Shown here: positions 29,101 through 41,900 of the stretch, piece by piece
Layout of the letters: each line of letters starts with the position of its first letter
Numbering within the stretch: the stretch's first letter is position 1
The notes under the pieces: model-generated
The model's database searches: none
What the model saw: only the letters and a program-made list of their open reading frames with translations
What the model was told of the DNA's origin: nothing
Translations under genes and position numbers: made by a program
Origin: Eledone cirrhosa
Lineage: Eukaryota
Assembly (NCBI GenBank): GCA_964016885.1
Contig: OZ024744.1
Span: 135,470,001 to 135,534,000 of the forward strand
Reading direction: 5' to 3'
DNA length: 64,000 nucleotides

Positions 29101-32100
29101 AGTCGCCACTGTAAAGTAGTTATTAGTTTGTCAGAACAAAAAGTACCCAGTACACACAGTCAAGTGGTCATGTAGGTGTCACAACAGAAAGTCCACAGTA
29201 CACACAGTAAAGTGGTCATGTAGGTGTCATGACAAAAAGTATCCAGTACACACTGTAAAGTGGTCATGTAGGTGTCAAAACAAAAACTACGCAGTCCACA
29301 CTGTAAAGTGGTCATGTAGGTGTCACGACAAAAAGTGTCCAGTACACACTAAAGTGGTCATGTAGGAGTCACAACATAATGTACCCAGTCCACACTGTAA
29401 AGTGGTCATGTAGGTGTCACAACAAAAAGTCCCCAGTCCACGCTGTAAAGTGGTTATGTAGGTGTCACAACAAAAAGTACCCAGTACATACTGTAAAGTG
29501 GTCATGAAGGTGTCATGACAAAAAGTACCCAGTACACACTGTAAAGTGGTCATGTAGGTGTCACAACAAAATTTACTCAGTACATACTGTAAAGTGGTTA
29601 TGAAGGTGTCACGAGAAGAAGTACCCAGTACACACTGAAAAGTGGTCATGTAGGTGTCACAACAAAAAGTACCCAGTACACACTGTAAAGTGGTCATGTA
29701 AGTGTCACAACAAATTTTACTCAGTACATACTGTAAAGTGGTTATGAAGGTGTCATGAGAAAAAGTACCCATCCACACTGTAAAGTGGTCATGTAAGTGT
29801 CCTGACAAATAGTACCCAGTACACACTGTAAAGTGGTCATGTAGGTGTCACAACAAAAATTACCCAGTCCACACTGTAAAGTGGTCATGTAGGTGTCACA
29901 ACAAAAAATACCCAGTACATACTGTAAAGTGGTCATGGAGGTGTCATGACAAAAAGTACCCAGTACACACTGTAAAGTGGTCATGTAGGTGTTATGACAA
30001 AAAGTACCCAGTCTACAATGTGTGGTCATGTAGGTGTCATGACATAAATTACCCAGTCCACACCGTAAAGTGGTCATGTAGGTGTCACAACAAAAAGTAC
30101 CCAGTCCACACTGTAAAGTGGTCATGTAGGTGTCACAACAAAAAGTACCCAGTACATACTGTAAAGTGGTCATGTAGGTGTCACAACAAATAGCACCCAG
30201 TACACACTGTAAAGTGGTCATGTAGGTGTCACGACAAAAAGTATCCAGTACACACTGTAAAGTGGTCATGTAGGTGTCACAACATAATGTACCCAGCCCA
30301 CACTGTAAAGTGGTCATGTAGGTGTCACAACAAAAATTACCCAGTCCACACTGTAAAGTGGTCATGTAGGTGTCACAACAAAAAGTACCCAGTACATACT
30401 GTAAAGTGGTCATGAAGGTGTCATGACAAAAAGTACCCAGTACACACTGGAAAGTGGTCATGTAGGTGTCACAACAAAAAGTACCCAGTCCACACTGTAA
30501 AGTGGGCGTGTAGGTGTCATGACAAAAAGTACCCAGTCCACACTGTAAAGTGGTCATGTAGGTGTCACAACAAAATTTACTCAGTACATACTGTAAATTG
30601 GTTATGAAGGTGTCATGAGAAAAAGTACCCATCCACACTGTAAAGTGGTCATGTAGGTGTCCTGACAAATAGTACCCAGTACACACTGTAAAGTGGTCAT
30701 GTAGGTGTCACAACAAAAAGTACCCAGTACACACTGTAAAGTGGTCATGTAGGTGTCATGACAAATAGTACCCAGTACACACTGTAAAGTGGTCATGTAG
30801 GTGTCACAACAAAAAGTACCCATCCACATTGTAAAGTGGTCATGTAGGTGTTATGACAAAAAGTACCCAGTCTACACTGTGTGGTCATGTAGGTGTCACA
30901 ACAAAAAGTACCCAGTCCACACAGTCAAGTGGTCATGTAGGTGTCACAACAGGAAGTCCCCAGTACACACAGTAAAGTGGTCATGTAGGTGTCATGACAA
31001 AAAGTATCCAGTACACACTGTAAAGTGGTCATGTAGGTGTCACAACAAAAACTACCCAGTCCACACTGTAAAGTGGTCATGTAGGTGTGACGACAAAAAG
31101 TATCCAGTACATACTGTAAAGTGGTTGTGTAGGTGTCACAACAAAAAGTACCCAGTCCAAACTGTAAAGTGGTCATGTAGGTGGCACAACAAGTACCCAG
31201 TACATACTGTAAAGTGTTCATGTAGATGTTATGACAAAAAGTACCCAGTCTACACTGTGTGGTCATGTAGGTGTCACAACATAATGTACCCAGTTCACAC
31301 TGTAAAGTGGTCATGTAGGTGTCACAACAAAAAGTACCCAGTCCACACTGTAAAGTGGTCATGTAGGTGTCACAACAAAAAGTACCCAGTCCAAACTGTA
31401 AAGTGGTCATGTAGGTGTCACAACAAAAAGTACCCAGTACATACTGTAAATTGGTCATGAAGGTGTCATGACAAAAAGTACCCAGTACACACTGTAAAGT
31501 GGTCATGTAGGTGTCAAAACAAAATTTACTCAGTACACACTGTAAACTGGTCATGTAGGTGTCACAACAAAAAGTACTCAGTACACACTGTAAAGTGGTC
31601 ATGTAGGTGTCACGACAAAAAGTATCCAGTACACACTGTAAAGTGGTCATGTAGGTGTCACAACATAATGTACCCAGTACACACTGTAAAGTGGTCATGT
31701 AGGTGTCACAATAAAAAGTACCCAGTACACACTGGAAAGTGGTCATGTAGGTGTCACAACAAAATTTACTCAGTACATACTGTAAAGTGGTTATGAAGGT
31801 GTCATGAGAAAAATTACCCAGTCCACACTGTAAAGTGGTCATGTAGGTGTCACAACAAATAGCACCCAGTACACACTGTAAAGTGGTCATGGAGGTGTCA
31901 CAACAAAAATTACCCAGTCCACACTGTAAAGTGGTCATGTAGGTGTCAAAACAAAAAGTACTCAGTACATACTGTAAAGTGGTCATGAAGGTGTCATGAC
32001 AAAAAGTACCCAGTACACACTGTAAAGTAGTCATGTAGGTGTCACAACAAAAATTACTCAGTACATACTGTAAAGCGGTTATGAAGGTGTCATGAGAAAA

Positions 32101-32993
32101 AGTACCCATTCCACACTGTAAATTGGACATGTAGGTGTCATGACAAATAATACCCAGTACACACTGTAAAGTAGTGATGTAAGTTGCACAACAAGTACCC
32201 AGTACATACTGTAAAGTGGTCATGTAGGTGTTATGACAAAAAGTACCCAGTCTACACTGTGTGGTCATGTAGGTGTCACAACATAATGTACACAGTCCAC
32301 ACTGTAAAGTGGTCATGTAGGTGTCATGGCATAAATTACCCAGTCCACACTGTAAAGTATTTATTAGTTTGTCACAACAAAAAGTACCCAGGACACACAG
32401 TCAAGTGGTCATGTAGGTGTCACAACAGAAAGTCCCCAGTACACACAGTAAAGTGGTAATGTAGGTGTCATGACAAAAAGTATCCAGTACACACTGTAAA
32501 GTGGTCATGTAGGTGTCACAACAAAAACTACCCAGTCCACACTGTAAAGTGGTCATGTAGGTGTCACGACAAAAAGTATCCAGTACACAATGTAAAGTGG
32601 TCATGTAGGTGTCACAACATAATGTACCCAGTCCACACTGTACGGTGGTCATGTAGGTTTCACAACAAAAGGTACCCAGACCACAATGTAAAGTGGTCAT
32701 GTAGGTGTCACAACAAAATTTACTCAGTACATACTGTAAAGTGGTTATGAAGGTGTCATGAGAAAAAGTACCCAGTACACACTGTAAAGTGGTCATGTAG
32801 GTGTCACAACAAAAAGTACCCAGTACACACTGTAAAGTGGTCATGTAGGTGTCACAACAAAAAGTACCCATTCCACACTGTAAAGTGGTCATGTAGGTGT
32901 CATGACAAATAGTACCCAGTACACACTGTAAATTAGTCATGTAGGTGGCACAACAAGTACCCAGTACATACTGTAAAGTGGTCATGTAGGTGT
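23119..32993. repeat. 9,826-bp tandem duplication, copy 2 (plus about 49 bp of junction homology)
   Basis: Private variants are duplicated: TCTCGATGTC (14001/23827), AATAACCACCCAG (15198/25024), the 14-bp deletion CACATATAGG (about 17446/27272) and GTACGGTGGTC (22814/32640). Identity ends at 23167/32993. Confidence 0.93.
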
Positions 32994-35900
32994 CACGACA
33001 AAAAGTACCCAGTCTACAATGTGTGGTCATGTATGTGTCATGACATAAATTACCCAGTCCACACTGTAAAGTAGTCATTAGTTTGTCGCAACAATAAGTA
33101 CCCAGTACACACAGTCAAGTGGTCATGTAGGTGTCACAACAGACAGTACCCAGTACACACTGTAAAGTGGTCATGTAGGTGTCACAACAAAAAGTACCCA
33201 GTCCACACTGTAAAGTGGTCATGTTGGTGTCACAACAAAAAGTACCCAGTACACACTGCAAAGTGGTCATGTAGGTGTCACAACAAAAAGTACCCAGTCC
33301 ACACTGCAAAGTGGTCATGTAGGTGTCACAACAAAAAGTACCCAGTCCACACTGTAAAGTGGTCATGTAGGTGTCACAACAAAAAGTACCCAGTACATAC
33401 TGTAAAGTGGTCATGAAGGTGTCATGACAAAAACTACGCAGTCCACACTGTAAAGTGGTCATGTAGGTGTCACAACAAATAGCACCCAGTACACACTGTA
33501 AAGTGGTCATGTAACTATCGTGACAAAAGTACTCAGTACACACTGTAAAGTGGTCATGGAGGTGTCACAACAAAAATTACCCAGTCCACACTGTAAAGTG
33601 GTCATGTAGGTGTCACAACAAAAAGTACTCAGTACATACTGTAAAGTGGTCATGAAGGTGTCATGACAAAAAGTACCCAGTACACACTGTAAAGTAGTCA
33701 TGTAGGTGTCACAACAAAAATTACTCAGTACATACTGTAAAGTGGTTATGAAGGTGTCATGAGAAAAAGTACCCATTCCACACTGTAAAGTGGACATGTA
33801 GGTGTCATGACAAATAGTACCCAGTACACACTGTAAAGTAGTCATGTAGGTGGCACAACAAGTACCCAGTACATACTGTAAACTGGTCATGTAGGTGTTA
33901 TGACAAAAAGTACCCAGTCTACACTGTTTGGTCATGTAGGTGTCATGGCATAAATTACCCAGTCCACACTGTAAAGTAGTCATTAGTTTGTCACAACAAA
34001 AAGTACCCAGTACACACAGTCAAGTGGTCATGTAGGTGTCACAACAGAAAGTCCCCAGTACACACAGTAAAGTGGTCATGTAGGTGTCATGACAAAAAGT
34101 ATCCAGTACACACTGTAAAGTGGTCATGTAGGTGTCACAACAAAAACTACCCAGTCCACACTGTAAAGTGGTCATGTAGGTGTCACGACAAAAAGTATCC
34201 AGTACACACTGTAAAGTGGTCATGTAGGTGTCACTACATAATGTACCCAGTCCACACTGTAAAGTGGTCATGTTGGTGTCACAACAAAAAGTACCCAGTC
34301 CACACTGTAAAGTGGTCATGTAGGTGTCACAACGAATAGCACCCAGTACACACTGTAAAGTGGTCATGTAACTATCATGACAAAAGTACTCAGTACACAC
34401 TGTAAAGTGGTCATGTAAGTGTCACAACATAATGTACCCAGACCACACTGTAAAGTTGTCATGTAGGTGTCACAACAAAAAGTACCCAGTCCACACTGTA
34501 AAGTGGTCATGTAGGTGTCACAACAAAAAGTACCCAGTACACACTGTAAAGTGGTCATGTAGGTGTCACAACAAAAAGTACCCAGTACACACTGTAAAGT
34601 GGTCATGTAGGCGTCACATCAAAAAGTACCCAGTACACACTGTAAAGTGGTCATGTAGGTGTCACAACAAAATTTACTCAGTACATACTGTAAAGTGGTT
34701 ATGAAGGTGTCATGAGAAAAAATACCCATCCACACTGTAAAGTGGTCATGTAGGTGTCACAACAAAATTTACTCAGTACATACTGTAAAGTGGTTATGAA
34801 GGTGTCATGAGAAAAAGTACCCATCCACACTGTAAAGTGGTCATGTAAGTGTCCTGACAAATAGTACCCAGTACACACTGTAAAGTGGTCATGTAGGTGT
34901 CACAACAAAAATTACCCAGTCCACACTGTAAAGTGGTCATGGAGGTGTCATGACAAAAAGTACCCAGTACACACTATAAAATGGTCATGTAGGTGTAACA
35001 ACAAAAATTACTCAGTACATACTGTAAAGTGGTTATGAAGGTGTCATGAAAAAAAGTACCCATTCCACACTGTAAAGTGGTCATGTAGGTGTCATGACAA
35101 ATAGTACCCAGTACACACTGTAAAGTAGTCATGTAGGTGGCACAACAAGTACCCAGTACATACTGTAAAGTGGTCATGTAGGTGTTATGACAAAAAGTAC
35201 CCAGTCTACAATGTGTGGTCATGTAGGTGTCATGACATAAATTACCCAGTCCACACTGTAAAGTGGTCATGTAGGTGTCACAACAAAAAGTACCCAGTCC
35301 ACACTGTAAAGTGGTCATGTAGGTGTCACAACAAAAATTACTCAGTACATACTGTAAAGTGGTTATGAAGGTGTCATGAGAAAAAGTACCCATTCCACAC
35401 TGTAAAGTGGACATGTAGGTGTCATGACAAATAGTACCCAGTACACACTGTAAAGTAGTCATGTAAGTTGCACAACAAGTACCCAGTACATACTGTAAAG
35501 TGGTCATGTAGGTGTTATGACAAAAAGTACCCAATCTACACTGTGTGGTCATGTAGGTGTCACAACATAATATACCCAGTCCACACTGTAAAGTGGTCAT
35601 GTAGGTGTCATGGCATAAATTACCCAGTCCACACTGTAAAGTATTTATTAGTTTGTCACAACAAAAAGTACCCAGTACACACAGTCAAGTGGTCATGTAG
35701 GTGTCACAACAAAAAGTACCCTATCCACACTGTAAAGTGGTCATGTAGGTGTCACGACAAAAAGTATCCAGTACACAATGTAAAGTGGTCATGCAGGTGT
35801 GACAACAAAATTTACTCAGTACATACTGTAAAGTGGTTATGAAGGTGTCATGAGAAAAAGTACCCAGTACACACTGTAAAGTGGTCATGTAGGTGTCACA

Positions 35901-38900
35901 ACAAAAAGTACCCAGTACACACTCTAAAGTGGTCATGTAGGTGTCACAACAAAAAGTACCCATTCCACACTGTAAAGTGGTCATGTAGGTGTCATGACAA
36001 ATATTACCCAGTACACACTGTAAAGTAGTCATGTAGGTGGCACAACAAGTACCCAGTACATACTGTAAAGTGGTCATGTAGGTGTCACGACAAAAAGTAC
36101 CCAGTCTACAATGTGTGGTCATGTATGTGTCATGACATAAATTAACCAGTCCACACTGTAAAGTAGTCATTAATTTGTCACAACAATAAGTACCCAGTAC
36201 ACACAGTCAAGTGGTCATGTAGGTGTCACAACAGACAGTACCCAGTACACACTGTAAAGTGGTCATGTGGGTGTCACAACAAAAAGTACCCAGTCCACAC
36301 TGTAAAGTGGTCATGTAGGTGTCACAACAAAAAGTACCCAGTACACACTTTAAAGTGGTCATGTAGGTGTCACAACAAAAAGTACCCAGTCCACACTGTA
36401 AAGTGGTCAGGTAGGTGTCACAACAAAAAGTACCCAGTCCACACTGTAAAGTGGTCATGTAGGTGTCACAACAAAAAGTACCCAGTACATACTGTAAAGT
36501 GGTCATGAAGGTGTCATGACAAAAAGTACGCAGTCCACACTGTAAAGTGGTCATGTAGGTGTCACAACAAATAGCACCCAGTACACACTGTAAAGTGGTC
36601 ATGTAACTATCATGACAAAAGTACTCAGTACACACTGGAAAGTGGTCATGGAGGTGTCACAACAAAAGTTACCCAGTCCACACTGTAAAGTGGTCATGTA
36701 GGTGTCACAACAAAAACTACCCAGTCCACACTGTAAAGTGGTCATGTAGGTGTCACGACAAAAAGTATCCAGTACACACTAAAGTGGTCATGTAGGTGTC
36801 ACAACATAATGTACCCAGTCCACACTGTAAAGTGGTCATGTAGGTGTCACAACAAAAAGCACCCAGTACACACTGTAAAGTGGTCACGTAACTATCGTGA
36901 AAAAGTACTCAGTACACACTGTAAAGTGGTCATGTAGGTGTCACAACAAAAATTACCCAGTCCACACTGTAAAGTGGTCATGTAGGTGCCATGACAAAAA
37001 GTACCCAGTACACACCGTAAAGTAGTCATGTAGGTGTCACAACAAAAATTACTCAGTACATACTGTAAAGTGGTTATGAAGGTGTCATGAGAAAAAGTAC
37101 CCATTCCACACTGTAAAGTGGACATGTAGGTGTCATGACAAATAGTACCCAGTACACACTGTAAAGTAGTCATGTAGGTGGCACAGCAAGTACCCAGTAC
37201 ATACTGTAAACTGGTCATGTAGGTGTTATGACAAAAAGTACCCAGTCTACACTGTTTGGTCATGTAGGTGTCATGGCATAAATTACCCAGTCCACACTGT
37301 AAAGTAGTCATTAGTTTGTCACAACAAAAAGTACCCAGTACACACAGTCAAGTGGTCATGTAGGTGTCACAACAGAAAGTCTCCAGTACACACAGTAAAG
37401 TGGTCATGTAGGTGTCATGACAAAAAGTATCCAGTACACACTGTAAAGTGGTCATGTAGGTGTCACAACAAAAACTACCCAGTCCACACTGTAAAGTGGT
37501 CATGTAGGTGTCACGACAAAAAGTATCCAGTACACACTGTAAAGTGGTCATGTAGGTGTCACAACATAATGTACCCAGTCCACACTGTAAAGTGGTCATG
37601 TTGGTGTCACAACAAAAAGTACCCAGTCCACACTGTAAAGTGGTCATGTAGGTGTCACAACGAATATCACCCAGTACACACTGTAAAGTGGTCATGTAAC
37701 TATCATGACAAAAGTACTCAGTACACACTGTAAAGTGGTCATGTAAGTGTCACAACATAATGTACCCAGTCCACACTGTAAAGTTGTCATGTAGGTGTCA
37801 CAACAAAAAGTACCCAGTCCACAATGTAAAGTGGTCATGTAGGTGTCACAACAAAAAGTACCCAGTACATACTGTAAAGTGGTCATGAAGGTGTCATGAC
37901 AAAAAGTACCCAGTACACACTGTAAAGTGGTCATGTAGGTGTCACAACAAAATTTACTTAGTACATACTGTAAAGTGGTTATGAAGGTGTCATGAGAAAA
38001 AGTACCCAGTACACACTGTAAAGTGGTCATGTAGGTATCACAACAAAAAGTACCCAGTACACACTGTAAAGTGGTCATGTAGGTGTCACAACAAAATTTA
38101 CTCAGTACATACTGTAAAGTGGTTATGAAGGTGTCATGAGAAAAAATACCCATCCACACTGTAAAGTGGTCATGTAGGTGTCACAACAAAATTTACTCAG
38201 TACATACTGTAAAGTGGTTATGAAGGTGTCATGAGAAAAAGTACCCATCCACACTGTAAAGCGGTCATGTAAGTGTCCTGACAAATAGTACCCAGTACAC
38301 ACTGTAAAGTGGTCATGTAGGTGTCACAACAAAATTTACCCAGTCCACACTGTAAAGTGGTCATGGAGGTGTCATGACAAAAAGTACCCAGTACACACTG
38401 TAAAATGGTCATGTAGGTGTAACAACAAAAATTACTCAGTACATACTGTAAAGTGGTTATGAAGGTGTCATGAGAAAAAGTACCCATTCCACACTGTAAA
38501 GTGGTCATGTAGGTGTCATGACAAATAGTACCCAGTACACACTGTAAAGTAGTCATGTAGGTGGCACAACAAGTACCCAGTACATACTGTAAAGTGGTCA
38601 TGTAGGTGTTATGACAAAAAGTACCCAGTCTACAATGTGTGGTCATGTAGGTGTCATGACATAAATTACCCAGTCCACACTGTAAAGTGGTCATGTAGGT
38701 GTCACAACAAAAAGTACCCAGTCCACACTGTAAAGTGGTCATGTAGGTGTCACAACAAAAATTACTCAGTACATACTGTAAAGTGGTTATGAAGGTGTCA
38801 TGAGAAAAAGTACCCATTCCACACTGTAAAGTGGACATGTAGGTGTCATGACAAATAGTACCCAGTACACACTGTAAAGTAGTCATGTAAGTTGCACAAC

Positions 38901-41900
38901 AAGTACCCAGTACATACTGTAAAGTGGTCATGTAGGTGTTATGACAAAAAGTACCCAGTCTACACTGTGTGGTCATGTAGGTGTCACAACATAATGTACC
39001 CAGTCCACACTGTAAAGTGGTCATGTAGGTGTCATGGCATAAATTACCCAGTCCACACTGTAAAGTATTTATTAGTTTGTAACAACAAAAAGTACCCAGT
39101 ACACACAGTCAAGTGGTCATGTAGGTGTCACAACAAAAAGTACCCAGTCCACACTGTAAAGTGGTCATGTAGGTGTCACGACAAAAAGTATCCAGTACAC
39201 AATGTAAAGTGGTCATGTAGGTGTCACAACATAATGTACCCAGTCCACACTGTAAAGTGGTCATGTAGGTTTCACAACAAAAAGTACCCAGTCCACAATG
39301 TAAAGTGGTCATGCAGGTGTCACAACAAAATTTACTCAGTACATACTGTAAAGTGGTTATGAAGGTGTCATGAGAAAAAGTACCCAGTACACACTGTAAA
39401 GTGGTCATGTAGGTGTCACAACAAAAAGTACCCAGTACACACTGTAAAGTGGTCATGTAGGTGTCACAACAAAAAGTACCCATTCCACACTGTAAAGTGG
39501 TCATGTAGGTGTCATGACAAATAGTACCCAGTACACGCTGTAAAGTAGTCATGTAGGTGGCACAACAAGTACCCAGTACATACTGTAAAGTGGTCATGTA
39601 GGTGTCACGACAAAAAGTACCCAGTCTACAATGTGTGGTCCTGTATGTGTCATGACATAAATTACCCAGTCCACACTGTAAAGTAGTCATTAGTTTGTCA
39701 CAACAATAAGTACCCAGTACACACAGTCAAGTGGTCATGTAGGTGTCACAACAGACACTACCCAGTACACACTGTAAAGTGGTCATGTAGGTGTCACAAC
39801 AAAAAGTACCCCACCAAAATGTAAAGTGGTCATGTAGGTGTCACAACAAAAAGTACCCAGTACACACTGTAAAGTGGTCATGTAGGTGTCACAACAAAAA
39901 GTACCCAGTCCACACTGTAAAGTGGTCATGTAGGTGTCACAACAAAAAGTACCCAGTCCACACTGTAAAGTGGTCATGTAGGTGTCACAACAAAAAGTAC
40001 CCAGTACACACTGTAAAGTGGTCATGAAGGTGTCATGACAAAAAGTACGCAGTCCACACTGTAAAGTGGTCATGTAGGTGTCACAACAAATAGCACCCAG
40101 TACACACTGTAAAGTGGTCATGTAACTATCATGACAAAAGTACTCAGTACACACTGTAAAGTGGTCATGGAGGTGTCACAACAAAAATTACCCAGTCCAC
40201 ACTGTAAAGTGATCATGTAGGTGTCACAACAAAAACTACCCAGTCCACACTGTAAAGTGGTCATGTAGGTGTCACGACAAAAAGTATCCAGTACACACTA
40301 AAGTGGTCATGTAGGTGTCACAACATAATGTACCCAGTCCACACTGTAAAGTGGTCATGTAGGTGTCACAACAAAAAGTACCCAGTACATACTGTAAAGT
40401 GTTCATGAAGGTGTCATGAAAAAAGTACCCAGTACACACTGGAAAGTGGTCATGTAGGTGTCACAACAAATAGCACCCAGTACACACTGTAAAGTGTTCA
40501 TGTAACTATCATGACAAAAGTACTCAGTACACACTGTAACGTGGTCATGGAGGTGTCACAACAAAAACTACCCAGTCCACACTGTAAAGTGGTCATGTAG
40601 ATGTCACGAGAAAAAGTATCCAGTACACACTAAAGTGGTCATGTAGGTGTCACAACATAATGTACCCAGTCCACACTGTAAAGTGGTCATGTAGGTGTCA
40701 CAAAAAAAAGTACTCAGTACATACTGTAAAGTGGTCATGAAGGTGTCATGACAAAAAGTACCCAGTACACACTGTGAAGTAGTCATGTAGGTATCACAAC
40801 AAAAATTACTCAGTACATACTGTAAAGTGGTCATGTAGGTGTCATGACAAAAAGTATCCAGTACACACTGTAAAGTGGTCATGTAGGTGTCACAACAAAA
40901 ACTACCCAGTCCACACTGTAAAGTGGTCATGTAGGTGTCACGACAAAAAGTGTCCAGTACACACTAAAGTGGTCATGTAGGTGTCACAACTTAATGTACC
41001 CAGTCCACACTGTAAAGTGGTCATGTAGGTGTCACAACAAAAAGTACCCAGTCCACGCTGTAAAGTGGTTATGTAGGTGTCACAACAAAAAGTACCCAGT
41101 ACATACTGTAAAGTGGTCATGAAGGTGTCATGACAAAAAGTACCCAGTACACACTCTAAAGTGGTCATGTAGGTGTCACAACAAAATTTACTCAGTACAT
41201 ACTTTAAAGTGGTTATGAAGGTGTCATGAGAAAAAGTACCCAGTACACACTGAAAAGTGGTCATGTAGGTGTCACAACAAAAAGTACCCAGTACACACTG
41301 TAAAGTGGTCATGTAGGTGTCACAACAAAAAGTACCCAGTACACACTGTAAAGTGGTCATGTAGGTGTCACAACAAATTTTACTCAGTACATACTGTAAA
41401 GTGGTTATGAAGGTGTCATGAGAAAAAGTACCCATCCACACTGTAAAGTGGTCATGTAAGTGTCCTGACAAATAGTACCCAGTACACACTGTAAAGTGGT
41501 CATGTAGGTGTCACAACAAAAATTACCCAGTCCACACTGTAAAGTGGTCATGTAGGTGTCACAACAAAAAATACCCAGTACATACTGTAAAGTGGTCATG
41601 GAGGTGTCATGACAAAAAGTACCCAGTACACACTGTAAAATGATCATGTAGGTGTAACAACAAAAATTACTCAGTACATACTGTAAAGTGGTTATGAAGG
41701 TGTCATGAGAAAAAGTACCCATTCCACACTGTAAAGTGGTCATGTAGGTGTCATGACAAATAGTACCCAGTACACACTGTAAAGTAGTCATGTAGGTGGC
41801 ACAACAAGTACCCAGTACATACTGTAAAGTGGTCATGTAGGTGTTATGACAAAAAGTACCCAGTCTACAATGTGTGGTCATGTAGGTGTCATGACATAAA

